Both the position numbers and the translations under genes were made by a program. 20,000 nucleotides of DNA from an uncultured virus (IMG/VR IMGVR_UViG_3300043395_001428) (lineage: Duplodnaviria; Heunggongvirae; Uroviricota; Caudoviricetes): IMG/VR virus record IMGVR_UViG_3300043395_001428, one strand, 5' to 3'. Below the pieces are notes generated by a model that saw only the letters and a list, made by a program, of their open reading frames with translations, did not search any database and was not told the origin of the DNA. This document shows, in pieces, positions 7,367-16,546 of this stretch. Positions within the stretch are counted from its first letter, which is position 1. Every line of letters begins with the position of its first letter.

Positions 7367-8668
7367 CTAACCTGCCGTTACCTGAGTTGTACCCGATGTG
7401 AGTGCTGCTCTAATAATCAACGCCGATGCGTAGTTACCGTCGCTCTTATTACCATCGCCCGCATCGAATCCGAAATTATAATAACGTCTAACCTGTTCGA
7501 ACCAAGCATCCGCACCGACGTTGTTATAACCCGCCGACTGACGCAGTTTCAGACCGTCTCTGTTGACCGTACCCATAGGGGTAAGTTCAAAACAGAAGTA
7601 ATCTGACCGTCTACGACAATACACGCGATCTTCGTCCATATCGGCGTCTACGATGAACAAGCAATCGCCGTCGATATACTTCTCAGGGTATCCATACGAT
7701 GTGGTTGCCTGACCGTCTGCTGCCTGATACTGACGAGCACCAAAGCCTTGAATGGCTAGGGTGTTGTACTGTCCCGGTGGCAAGTGGCAAATGCGGTTGA
7801 AGTCTTTCGTCGGCGTATTCATACGAATCTGGACTTTCGTTTTGAGCGTATTGATAGTAGCCGATGTCAGAGCGCTGCCGTTGAGGTCAACCTGTGACGA
7901 GTTGAACTCTTGGTAGTTGGTGGTGTCGAGTCCCTGAAACACGCGATCTGCACTGTTAATGAGATACGCAAGTCCGCGAGGAACTTTGTTGAACGCACCC
8001 TGTTCCACGACAAATGCACCGCTGTTATTAACGCTACCTGTGGTGGTACAGGTAACGGTAGCGGAGTTCGTGCCGTTCTGCGTCGGGGTCATCGTTCCGA
8101 CAACTGCGAACGAAGATTCGTCCACAACATCATAGACCACGTTCTTGCAGAGACGGTGTGCGCCTTTGGTGTAGCCAGCGACGGTCGAAGCAGCTGTGGT
8201 TCCTGTGAACGTACCGCCTGTGTTCGAGGTCGTAACTGCGAGAATACCGTAACCATAGTTGTCGCCAATGGCGTAATAGTTAAGGTGCTTCATGTAGTTC
8301 TCAATGGCGAGACGACGAGTCTGAGCATAGTTGATAAGACTTGCTTCAGTGTCCATCGTGTCCATCAAGATACCATCGGTGTACATTGCCTTGCCGGGGT
8401 ATGCCAAACCAACCCACATCGAGGCTGATTCGGGTGCAACAGGGTCGGTAAAGCTGTTACCTGATGCTCCGGGGGCGAGGTACGAGTTCTGACCGTAGTC
8501 AGTGGTAAAGAACGGGAGTTGGAATCCCTGTTGTCCGCCTTTTCTCGTTCGAGTTGATTTATCGAACGAATCGTAGGTCGGGGTCATATACTCACGGATG
8601 GTCGCAACTTCACGTTTGATCTGTTGTGCCTGAGTATCTGGTAGATTACTAAATTCTACTTCTGCCAT
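7367..8668 (-). CDS. Major capsid protein (HK97 fold, probable insertion domain)
   Basis: 433 aa, directly after the portal and scaffold genes, with AGGAG RBS. Segments LNYYAIGD..G, PRGLAYLI and DADMDEDRVY fit capsid proteins, and there is a T/G/S-rich central insertion. Confidence 0.85.
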   Translation of the reverse strand: MAEVEFSNLPDTQAQQIKREVATIREYMTPTYDSFDKSTRTRKGGQQGFQLPFFTTDYGQNSYLAPGASGNSFTDPVAPESASMWVGLAYPGKAMYTDGILMDTMDTEASLINYAQTRRLAIENYMKHLNYYAIGDNYGYGILAVTTSNTGGTFTGTTAASTVAGYTKGAHRLCKNVVYDVVDESSFAVVGTMTPTQNGTNSATVTCTTTGSVNNSGAFVVEQGAFNKVPRGLAYLINSADRVFQGLDTTNYQEFNSSQVDLNGSALTSATINTLKTKVQIRMNTPTKDFNRICHLPPGQYNTLAIQGFGARQYQAADGQATTSYGYPEKYIDGDCLFIVDADMDEDRVYCRRRSDYFCFELTPMGTVNRDGLKLRQSAGYNNVGADAWFEQVRRYYNFGFDAGDGNKSDGNYASALIIRAALTSGTTQVTAG

Positions 8669-8760
8669 ATGATTGCTCCTATAGGTCTAATTTATATAAA
8701 TTGATGCCTGATTCAATATCTCGTGATATTCGGCTCATCATCCAAACCGTGTATAAAACT

Positions 8761-10284
8761 TTATGCGTAGGCAGATGCCTTTTGAGCTTCTATCTCCCTG
8801 ATCGTTTGTTTGGCATACCATTCGTCAAGTTCTCGTGAACCATACGGCAGATGTGCCGGGGGTTCGTTCTTATTGGTTGCCGCTGTTCCTATTGCTTTAG
8901 CAACGGGACGTGCCTTTGGAAGCACCTTACGTTTCTCCACTTCCGTTTCAATGGCTTTTGCCGTACCTGCGACAGCTACGTTCTTTTCTTGGGTCAGGAT
9001 GTCATCGGCAAATTTAAGCCAATCACCTGTGACTGTTTTGAACGCACTCTGAGCTTTACTAAGAGAAACAGGATTCAATGGTTTTCCTTGTGCGTCTACT
9101 GCGTGTTTTTCCACTGCAAGGGCTTGAGAGGCTTTTGATACATCTTCAAGCAGTTTTTGTGCTTTAGCGTAGTCGAACGTCACACCTGCGTCTGCTAACG
9201 CTTGACGGGCAAACTCACCGTCAGGGCCGTCCGAAAAGGCTTGGGTCAGCGTAGTGACTTGCTGTGCTTTGAGTAGGGAGTTCAGTTTCGGGTCAGGCGA
9301 GAATTGCACCGCACTCAATTTCTCAGCCATTGTCTTACGCATTTCTGTGTAAAACGTGGTTTCGGTGTTAATTGCATCGTTGACAAGCGCTTGTTGTTTG
9401 GCTTGCTGTGCTTCTACGAGTCTTTGCTGTTTTTCAATACGAGCGTCGATACCTTCTTGGATATTTCGAAGTTCGCCTAGTTTATTCGTCCGTTCTGCTA
9501 CATAAGCATCATCGTCCCAATACTGCATTTCTTCGCGGGTTTCTTTTGAAAGCGTGTTATATGCCCCATAGAGTTCGGCAGGAATGAACGCAGGCACATC
9601 CGTCAACGCGGCGGTTGCACCAAGTTTCATCTGCTTCATTGTATTATGGTAACGAGACAACACCTGAGCCACAGTCTCGCCTTCTACTGCAAGGGCTTCT
9701 GCAATGCCTTCTTCAAACTTGTTAATGCCGGGATACTTTGTGGACGGCAACATATTGAGGTCGAAGCGAAGATAGTCTGCGGTCAACTCATCTTTCGCTG
9801 CGATACGCTTGGCAAATTCGTCCGTATTCGGTCTGTAACTGCCTTCTTCTTCCCGACGCGAGTAAAGGGTATGATGTTCGTCCAAAACCTCTTTAACAGC
9901 CTCTACGTCGCCGTAATCGGCTATCTGAGTAAAGATTTCAGGAGTCTCAACGGCTTGCGCTTTCATTTGAAGCGCGTCGATATATGCTTTCAGTTCAGGA
10001 GCGTCCGATAGGTCATATTTAGCGAGGACTTGTTCGGCTTTTTCAGCGAATACGGTGTCATCGTCCGTTGCGTCAAAAATGACCACAGGAACTTCTACTT
10101 CTTTGACCTCTTCTGTGGTTTCCTCTACGATCTCTTCTTCCGCAGGAACTTCTTCAGCCGCTTCTTCGGTTGTCTCTGTAACAATTTCTTCCGCAGGGGC
10201 TTCCTCCGTTTCTACGACTTCTACGACCTCCTCTACGATAGGTTCGACTACTTCAACTATTGGTGTTTCTATGTTATCTAGCAT
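8761..10284 (-). CDS. Putative capsid scaffolding protein
   Basis: Lies between portal and capsid. Very acidic low-complexity N-terminus (E/V/T/P), helical coiled-coil body and basic/Pro-rich C-terminus. ATG at 10284 is preferred because the GTG at 10311 lies inside a hairpin. 507 aa. Confidence 0.7.
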   Translation of the reverse strand: MLDNIETPIVEVVEPIVEEVVEVVETEEAPAEEIVTETTEEAAEEVPAEEEIVEETTEEVKEVEVPVVIFDATDDDTVFAEKAEQVLAKYDLSDAPELKAYIDALQMKAQAVETPEIFTQIADYGDVEAVKEVLDEHHTLYSRREEEGSYRPNTDEFAKRIAAKDELTADYLRFDLNMLPSTKYPGINKFEEGIAEALAVEGETVAQVLSRYHNTMKQMKLGATAALTDVPAFIPAELYGAYNTLSKETREEMQYWDDDAYVAERTNKLGELRNIQEGIDARIEKQQRLVEAQQAKQQALVNDAINTETTFYTEMRKTMAEKLSAVQFSPDPKLNSLLKAQQVTTLTQAFSDGPDGEFARQALADAGVTFDYAKAQKLLEDVSKASQALAVEKHAVDAQGKPLNPVSLSKAQSAFKTVTGDWLKFADDILTQEKNVAVAGTAKAIETEVEKRKVLPKARPVAKAIGTAATNKNEPPAHLPYGSRELDEWYAKQTIREIEAQKASAYA

Positions 10285-10294
10285 ATTTTTATAC

Positions 10295-10335
10295 AAAAAA
10301 GCCCTATGCACACCGAATAGGTATGCGCAGGGCTT
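10295..10335 (-). terminator. Terminator-like leader hairpin A
   Basis: AAGCCCTGCGCATACC-TATTC-GGTGTGCATAGGGCTT followed by a T-run, ending 10 nt upstream of the scaffold ATG. Confidence 0.7.
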
Positions 10336-10354
10336 GACGTGTTTCCGTCTCTAA

Positions 10355-10525
10355 TTACTGCGAAAGTAGCATATCCTTACGTTGCTGTAAAGATTCTTTT
10401 ATTTTCGCGACTATTTCCTCGATCTCAAGCAACGTAGGCTCGGTGTCTACGTCACCTATATACAGACTTGCCACGTGTGCAAATCCCCTAAACTCAGCTA
10501 ATGCTCTATCTTCTTTTTGCGTCAT
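10355..10525 (-). CDS. Small hypothetical protein (56 aa)
   Basis: MTQKEDRALAEFRG... is the 3' part of track ORF 10355..10726. The ATG at 10525 overlaps the portal end and the ORF fills the gap to the leader. Confidence 0.5.
   Translation of the reverse strand: MTQKEDRALAEFRGFAHVASLYIGDVDTEPTLLEIEEIVAKIKESLQQRKDMLLSQ
10363..10391 (-). promoter_or_regulatory. Candidate promoter upstream of hairpin A and the scaffold gene
   Basis: TTTACA-N17-TACTTT with extended -10 TG. Confidence 0.4.
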
Positions 10526-12932
10526 TCGCTTTCTTCTGGTTCTGAAGTCGAGCTTGTTCAAGACTGTTCTTACGTTCCTCAGCGTTGTCTGCCAACTCTT
10601 TATCCTGCATTGCCATATCTGCTTGGCGTTGACGTTCATCGTTGACAAACTGCATCTTCGCTGTAGGATCGTTCGCTTGCTGTTCTGCCTGAGCCTGTTG
10701 CTGTTCGGCTTCAAACTGCTGTACAAGTTGTTGGTTTTGGTAATTCATTATCTGTTCGCCCACCAATTCGGGTAAACGTGACATCACCATTCCCATATTT
10801 GTATCGAGTCCGACCTGAGCCTGTCCGAGTGTGGCTTCCTGAAGTTGTACGCTTATCATTTCTTCAACAACATAACGCAATTCTTCAGGGGCATACTGCA
10901 TTTCATCCGAGTCTAACAGTTCTGCCATCCATTTTGCTTTTTGGTCAGCATATAGTTCCTTAGAACTGATAGGTGGCACAAGCCTAGATACGATACTCGC
11001 CGCTAGATTCACATTATCCACAGGCTGTCCTGTCACCGCTGTCATTATCTGCTGAGTCGCTAGTTCCTGTTCAAGCATCTCTTTAGCTTGTTCAATACGT
11101 TTACGGCAAATCCTAGCAATGTCAGGAGTGCGCATTATCGGTAGATTTTGAATCCCGAACGCAGTCACGACTGCATCTGTGAAATCCATATCTATTTGAG
11201 CGGCTTCCATTAACCCCTGCATTCCGCCCGTAAATTGAAATAGACGACTGAGGCTCTGTTCGTTGGCGAATGGGGTCTTAGGGGCTTCGGAGTTAGCAAC
11301 TATCTCAAAATCTATATCGACGTTATCAAATTCATCGCCCGTCAGATACTTACCTGCGGTAATGCCATTCTTTGAACGGGACGCGAACCATTTAGGTTTA
11401 TTGATGAATCTTTTGAACAAGGTGTAAATTACCTTATCACATCTCATTCTTTGCGCAGCTTTGTTAAGATGCTGTGGCAAGAGTTGCTTCAAGGCCAAAC
11501 TTTCGCCTATCTTTGCACCTGTCGCTGTTTCGTTATTCACACCGGGCAATCCTTCCGAAAAAGCCGTGACCTGAAATGCACTCTGCAAATCTTTCTCTAA
11601 TTCGGCTTTGTATTGGAATCCTGCTACAGCAGGGTTAGCAGGCACAAGGGCTTGGATAGCATCGTTGATGGAGCGCACACCGTCAGGAGCATTCGTGAAA
11701 TCTAGCGGAATATTCTTACGGGGTTTGCCGACATCTCTTGCATCGGACTCGCTGACCATATCTTTGTGGTACCCGAATCCCGGCGTCGAGTGCGATTTGA
11801 CGTGAGCTAAGAGTTGCGAATGCAGGTCATTAAGTTCTTTGTAGACATCTACTGCGTCATCTAAGCCTTTACCTACACCTGAGAATGTTCTGTCGTGGTA
11901 GACGCCTGATACGATATGGTCACGATGATTCTCTGCATATAGACCGATAATGGTCTGCATATTGTTGATGCCTACTGCACAGAGTCCTTTTGGAAACATC
12001 TCAAGCAACGAACGTCCTTTAGGAATGGTTTCGCCCGACACTGTTTTTTCGGGGAACGCCAAGTCCCACGTGCAGTACACTTCAGGCTGTAGCCACATCT
12101 CCGTGACAACGACTTCGCCTTTAACATTCTCATACGTGCCGTAGAGCCTGTCTTTGCCTTCGCCTCTTACACCCGTACCTTGTCGGGTGATCTGTTCCAT
12201 TATCTGCAATCCGTAGTGGTCAGATGTATCTTCATCGGGTATATCCACGTCCAAGAGATATTCTAAAGTAGATGTGGCACACTTGGATTCGTAGATAAAG
12301 TAAGGTGAATCTTCCACCATTACTCTCATATCCCACCGACAGGCAGGGAACGGTAAGAGTTCGCAGATAAGGTCATCTTCGCGAGGGTCGAATCTGAATC
12401 GAGTTATCCACGTCCCGAAGTTCGCGGCGCTCATAAACTCTTGTTTTTCGTATGCGGTATTAAAGAACTTTCTGTCGTAGTAGTCTTGGACTATCTTAAC
12501 ATTATCAATAAAGGCTTCTACTTGGTCTTGGTCTGAGGGGCAAATGGGGTCACGAGCAGGACGGGATGATAACCACTCTGCCATTAGGTTTGTCACGTAG
12601 AACTGAAACTTACCACCGACTGTTTTATTGTCCGACCACCGACCGTCAGGTTTGACAAGTCGCATCTGTCCCGTTCGTGCGTGACGCATCGGGACTAACT
12701 TCCCTTCGGTCAGATTCGCTATCATCTGTCCCGTGTTCAGTTTCTCTATCCAATCCTGATAGTCGCGGTCTTTGTATTCTTGGTATTTCTCAGCGAGGGA
12801 TTTGTTTATTTTACAAGGACGAGAGATGCGTCCTTTCTTTGCCAACTCGTCTAAGTCAGCCTTTACAGCCAAGTTATTGCTGTTTTGGCTATAGATAGCT
12901 TTTGGCTGTTGCGAAGATATTGTGGCTGGCAT
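10506..12932 (-). CDS. Portal protein (large, P22-like)
   Basis: 808 aa between terminase and scaffold. Segments SRPARDPICP...D, AANFGTW, GKGLDDAVDVYKELN and ETATGAKI, plus a Q-rich coiled-coil C-terminus, resemble P22-type portals. Confidence 0.85.
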   Translation of the reverse strand: MPATISSQQPKAIYSQNSNNLAVKADLDELAKKGRISRPCKINKSLAEKYQEYKDRDYQDWIEKLNTGQMIANLTEGKLVPMRHARTGQMRLVKPDGRWSDNKTVGGKFQFYVTNLMAEWLSSRPARDPICPSDQDQVEAFIDNVKIVQDYYDRKFFNTAYEKQEFMSAANFGTWITRFRFDPREDDLICELLPFPACRWDMRVMVEDSPYFIYESKCATSTLEYLLDVDIPDEDTSDHYGLQIMEQITRQGTGVRGEGKDRLYGTYENVKGEVVVTEMWLQPEVYCTWDLAFPEKTVSGETIPKGRSLLEMFPKGLCAVGINNMQTIIGLYAENHRDHIVSGVYHDRTFSGVGKGLDDAVDVYKELNDLHSQLLAHVKSHSTPGFGYHKDMVSESDARDVGKPRKNIPLDFTNAPDGVRSINDAIQALVPANPAVAGFQYKAELEKDLQSAFQVTAFSEGLPGVNNETATGAKIGESLALKQLLPQHLNKAAQRMRCDKVIYTLFKRFINKPKWFASRSKNGITAGKYLTGDEFDNVDIDFEIVANSEAPKTPFANEQSLSRLFQFTGGMQGLMEAAQIDMDFTDAVVTAFGIQNLPIMRTPDIARICRKRIEQAKEMLEQELATQQIMTAVTGQPVDNVNLAASIVSRLVPPISSKELYADQKAKWMAELLDSDEMQYAPEELRYVVEEMISVQLQEATLGQAQVGLDTNMGMVMSRLPELVGEQIMNYQNQQLVQQFEAEQQQAQAEQQANDPTAKMQFVNDERQRQADMAMQDKELADNAEERKNSLEQARLQNQKKANDAKRR

Positions 12933-13348
12933 TAGTAGAAAATGTACTGTTCAGGCTTCTGTCGAATAATAGCTTCGTATTCTTCTATCGTTTTAGGAAC
13001 TACGTTGTCATCAATGTCCATTTGGTGCATCATCTCAGCCGCGTAGCGAATCTTCTGCTCCATTGCCTCGTCTATCGGAGGCGATGGTTGCGGTTCGTCC
13101 TCTTTGGCTATTATTGCAAATGAACTCTGGGTTTTAGCATTTTTGCTGATTACATCGGCGTGATGCCGAAGTGTCCTAATTTCAGAGTTGCGTGCCTTTG
13201 TTACTTCTTTCTCTAACGCAGTGGCACGCCATTCTTCGCGTTCAAGCAAGGATTGTAGTTCACTCACTTTACGCTTTTCAAATTCCAACTCACGGGACAA
13301 GGTGTCAATTTGCCCCGCTTGTTGGATATATTTTGACCAAAAGCCCAT
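12932..13348 (-). CDS. Hypothetical coiled-coil protein
   Basis: 138 aa with a heptad-rich N-terminal half. Stop overlaps the portal ATG (TAATG). Confidence 0.75.
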   Translation of the reverse strand: MGFWSKYIQQAGQIDTLSRELEFEKRKVSELQSLLEREEWRATALEKEVTKARNSEIRTLRHHADVISKNAKTQSSFAIIAKEDEPQPSPPIDEAMEQKIRYAAEMMHQMDIDDNVVPKTIEEYEAIIRQKPEQYIFY

Positions 13349-13654
13349 TTAGCAAATCATTCGAGCCTGATGCCCGCCCACAGATGGCCCAGATGCGGTG
13401 AATGCCGCTGTAGTTGACCCGAACGTGAAGCCCATGTTATTAGCAATGGTAAAGCCACGTACCGCTTGTGTACCATAAATACGGTCACAAATAGACAGCA
13501 CGGCTTCCCCTGCTAGGGCTGCGGCTTGAGCAGTCGCGACAGTGGTCATTTCCCCGTCTACGACACCTAAAAGATTGAACGAAATGTTTCCCTGCATATT
13601 GGCTTTCTGACCAATCGGCAAGTCACAGATTGAATGCGTTGATTCCCAAGACAT
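13349..13654 (-). CDS. Hypothetical protein
   Basis: 101 aa with AGGAG RBS. First gene after leader hairpin B. Confidence 0.7.
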   Translation of the reverse strand: MSWESTHSICDLPIGQKANMQGNISFNLLGVVDGEMTTVATAQAAALAGEAVLSICDRIYGTQAVRGFTIANNMGFTFGSTTAAFTASGPSVGGHQARMIC

Positions 13655-13682
13655 ATTTATCTCCTATGATTGCAATTATAAG

Positions 13683-13728
13683 AAAAAAGAGTCCTATGCA
13701 GAGCGAATGACTCTGCCTAAAACTCTTT
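13683..13728 (-). terminator. Terminator-like leader hairpin B
   Basis: AAAGAGTTTTAGGCAGAGT-CATTC-GCTCTGCATAGGACTCTTT followed by a T-run. Related to hairpin A. Confidence 0.7.
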
Positions 13729-13763
13729 GCAAGTATTAAACAAGATTTATTTGCTAATTGCAA

Positions 13764-14012
13764 CTATATTCTTGCTTGGTCAATTTTATGCCGTCGATGT
13801 ATCTGTACTCTCGTCATCTCAGGGTGCATCACCACTAACACGTCGCAGGTGATACATTTAGACGCTCGTTGGGCTTTGTACACGTTTTCAGCGTGTTCTG
13901 CTGTGCGTTGAATCATCCTGTTGACCTGATTAGCAGTCTCTATGTCCTCTACCCACCGTAAGTGGTGGTCAATGATGAGTAAAGCACGTTTGATCTCAGC
14001 GATAGGGGTCAT
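13764..14012 (-). CDS. Small hypothetical protein (82 aa)
   Basis: Track ORF 13764..14081. The ATG at 14012 (MTPIAEIK) overlaps the upstream stop as ATGA. Confidence 0.6.
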   Translation of the reverse strand: MTPIAEIKRALLIIDHHLRWVEDIETANQVNRMIQRTAEHAENVYKAQRASKCITCDVLVVMHPEMTRVQIHRRHKIDQARI

Positions 14013-14227
14013 TGGTAGATTGTGCCACAATGGTCGCAGTTGTCCCGATGTCTTTTCACAGGGGCGGAACAGTTTACACAATTGGCAGAACGTACGCTTG
14101 GCACGTCAACGGTCTTGTTAGTTAAAGTATCGTATTGTCGCGTTGCATACCCCATTATCGCAGGCGTGAAATGCGTGACATCCAACGCTTGTGCTAAAAT
14201 CCTGTCCCAATTTTCTTGATTTATCAT
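14009..14227 (-). CDS. Small Zn-ribbon protein (72 aa)
   Basis: ATG at 14227 just after the terminase stop. C-terminal CVNC-x10-CDHC. Confidence 0.65.
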   Translation of the reverse strand: MINQENWDRILAQALDVTHFTPAIMGYATRQYDTLTNKTVDVPSVRSANCVNCSAPVKRHRDNCDHCGTIYQ

Positions 14228-14228
14228 T

Positions 14229-16499
14229 TCACTCCCAATCGAACTCCTCTTCCAACTCATCTAGTCCCAACGTCATTTTCGCAAGTTCTTCCTCGAACTC
14301 ATACGCAATAGCCGCGCTGAATTTCTGACCTGCTGTGGTAGCCGTTGCTACTGCCATTTTTGTTTCTTCGGGTATCACTTGATAAATCTTTTCATCAGGC
14401 GTCATCCCCGTCGAACGTGTACGAAACTTATGACATATCATTCGCAGGCATTCTGACACAGATGCAGACTTGCTAGGCTTCCCTTTGTCTGTGTATGCCC
14501 ACGTTTTCACTTCTTGTCGTAAAGCAATCAATCCCTTAGCATCTCTAGCCTGTATCGTCTGATTATCGTTGACTACAGCAGATAATCTATCAGGCTGAAA
14601 ATACCAATTCATATCCACAATGCCTGCAAACTCATCTTCTTTGAAGAGCCTGACACCATAACTGAGTTTTTGTCGAATTACTGCTTGAAATGTATCAGAT
14701 TCAGGATGAAGCCAGATAACAGACGCTTGAGGATTCACGCACCATTCCTTCAATGTCGCATCAAGCCACGCAAATAGATAATGGTAATCAGCGGTATAGT
14801 CTTTGTACTCAGCAAGGATAAATAACGAGTCTACGCCCGTAATTTGGGGTGAACGGGCTACAATAACGCCCCCATTTGCCCGATTTGCTTCAGGCGTAAT
14901 ATGCAAACCTACATACACCGTCCATTTTGCAGGAATTTTCTCGCCAAACTGTCCCACAAATGCCGTTTTTGTCAATAATGGCAACGGATTTTGGATAATC
15001 AAGCCTTTAGCGACCCGTTCCGCACATTCGTTATACCCGTCTGACCCTGCATCTACACAATCATCGTTATCCGACAGCGGAAAGTTGCGAAATTCCTTCT
15101 TCACTTCCTTGTTCCACTCCGCTTTAGCAAACGACACCTGCCCTTGATTCATTGCAGATGCTAATGCGTCAGCTCTGCGTGCTTTTGAACCTGTTGTGGC
15201 TCTTTCTACGACCTGATACCCCTCTAAAAGCTGTTGAATGTGAAAAACAGCGGTGTTGCCTGCCGCACCGGGGTCATTAGGAATGGAAATGACTACCTCA
15301 AAGCCGTCTTTTTGAGCAGTAGCGAGTTGCAACTTGTCGCGTCCTGCGGAATCCACTTGTTCCCTGACCACATCAAACAATGTTGCCTGTTTGTCTGCCG
15401 ACATCCCCCACAGTTCGCCCACTGAGTAGTCGCCACCTTCTTCCGTTGCCGCCAAATCCCACGACCGAACAAAGACCGAACATTCTGCACGCCTTTGTTC
15501 TGTTTCTTCTTCTGACAGTTCAACGATCTGCCCGACATTAAAGAACTCGCCCTCTTCTGACGACGGACGACCTTGATTCATTGAACTAAAAACGCGATTG
15601 TTCTTGCGAACTTCGTCATAATACTCAGGCAATCGACGCTCAGAGATGTATTCACCGATTTCACGTCCTAAAGGATCGGGGTATCTCTGTCCCGTCTCGT
15701 CGTGAATGTAGTCCCCGTCGCAAACAGTGGCATAGCGCCAATAATCGAATGAGCCTTTATCGAGTAAATATCCTGCTAAATCTTCAACGTGATACCTGTG
15801 GAACATCCCAAAGACGTTCGTGTACGTGCCCATACGGGACATCACGGTAAAATCCCAAAATTCTTGTAAATGGTTGCGAGTCGTTTCTGAGAATGCTTCT
15901 TTTTGGTCGGCATACGGGTCATCAATGATAAGGTCATCAAATCCCGAACCTGTTAGCCCCGACTGTAAGCCTACGGGATTAAACGAGTCTTGTCCGTCAT
16001 TTAACTCTATTCTTGCCGCCGTAGACCACTTCTCTTTCGACGCTTTCTCGTCTACCCACCCATCTTTATTTGGGAATATCTGCTTATGAATAGGCAGATT
16101 CATTATTCCTATAACTGTTTTCGAGTGTCGTTGGCTTCGTGTGACGTTATAAGTGGCTAGGGCGATTCGGTGAAGAGGCAGATGTCCCAATAACCACGCA
16201 GGGTATGCTTGGGCGAGAATGGAAGACTTCCCTAATTGCCCTTCAGCGTGGATGATAGCCCACTCTCGTTTAGTGGCACGATTCAATGAAGCATTCTGCA
16301 ACCGCTCACAAAAATCCTTTTGCCAACGATCAGTTCTGAGCCTTTTAATACGCTCAAAATATTCCACTAACGGAATTTGTATATAGAACGGTTTAGGAGC
16401 TAAGTCAATGTAGTCAATCGGCTGTGACCGAAAGGACGGAGGCAGTGGTTCTATCCCTGCTAACCTTGTTTGTGTCCTTAGTAGTTCATCCCATCCCAT
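14229..16499 (-). CDS. terL: Terminase large subunit with C-terminal extension
   Basis: Walker A EGQLGKS, Walker B LTGSGFDDLIIDDP, HRYHVEDLAG coupling region, and RNase H-like nuclease motifs RSWDLA...GDYSVG and DNDDCVDA. About 265 extra residues follow. Confidence 0.93.
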   Translation of the reverse strand: MGWDELLRTQTRLAGIEPLPPSFRSQPIDYIDLAPKPFYIQIPLVEYFERIKRLRTDRWQKDFCERLQNASLNRATKREWAIIHAEGQLGKSSILAQAYPAWLLGHLPLHRIALATYNVTRSQRHSKTVIGIMNLPIHKQIFPNKDGWVDEKASKEKWSTAARIELNDGQDSFNPVGLQSGLTGSGFDDLIIDDPYADQKEAFSETTRNHLQEFWDFTVMSRMGTYTNVFGMFHRYHVEDLAGYLLDKGSFDYWRYATVCDGDYIHDETGQRYPDPLGREIGEYISERRLPEYYDEVRKNNRVFSSMNQGRPSSEEGEFFNVGQIVELSEEETEQRRAECSVFVRSWDLAATEEGGDYSVGELWGMSADKQATLFDVVREQVDSAGRDKLQLATAQKDGFEVVISIPNDPGAAGNTAVFHIQQLLEGYQVVERATTGSKARRADALASAMNQGQVSFAKAEWNKEVKKEFRNFPLSDNDDCVDAGSDGYNECAERVAKGLIIQNPLPLLTKTAFVGQFGEKIPAKWTVYVGLHITPEANRANGGVIVARSPQITGVDSLFILAEYKDYTADYHYLFAWLDATLKEWCVNPQASVIWLHPESDTFQAVIRQKLSYGVRLFKEDEFAGIVDMNWYFQPDRLSAVVNDNQTIQARDAKGLIALRQEVKTWAYTDKGKPSKSASVSECLRMICHKFRTRSTGMTPDEKIYQVIPEETKMAVATATTAGQKFSAAIAYEFEEELAKMTLGLDELEEEFDWE

Positions 16500-16546
16500 A
16501 CTTTCGTTAGTTTATCAGATTATTAAGAGTTGTCTTTATCGTGATG

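Noticed and set aside
7307..7370. Capsid stop-codon read-through or frameshift extension (TAG lies in the inverted repeat TTAGTTG-N3-CAACTAA)
   Set aside because: In-frame read-through meets TGA after about 19 codons and I see no slippery heptamer. The repeat is more likely a weak terminator or chance.
10080..10284. Repetitive DNA at the scaffold 5' end as a tandem repeat or array
   Set aside because: The repeats are imperfect codon-level repeats encoding a Glu/Val/Thr-rich low-complexity tract, with no fixed repeat-spacer period.
14229..15020. Intein as the explanation for the long terminase
   Set aside because: The extra sequence is C-terminal, not internal, and lacks the C/S...HN-C/S/T splice motifs and LAGLIDADG blocks.
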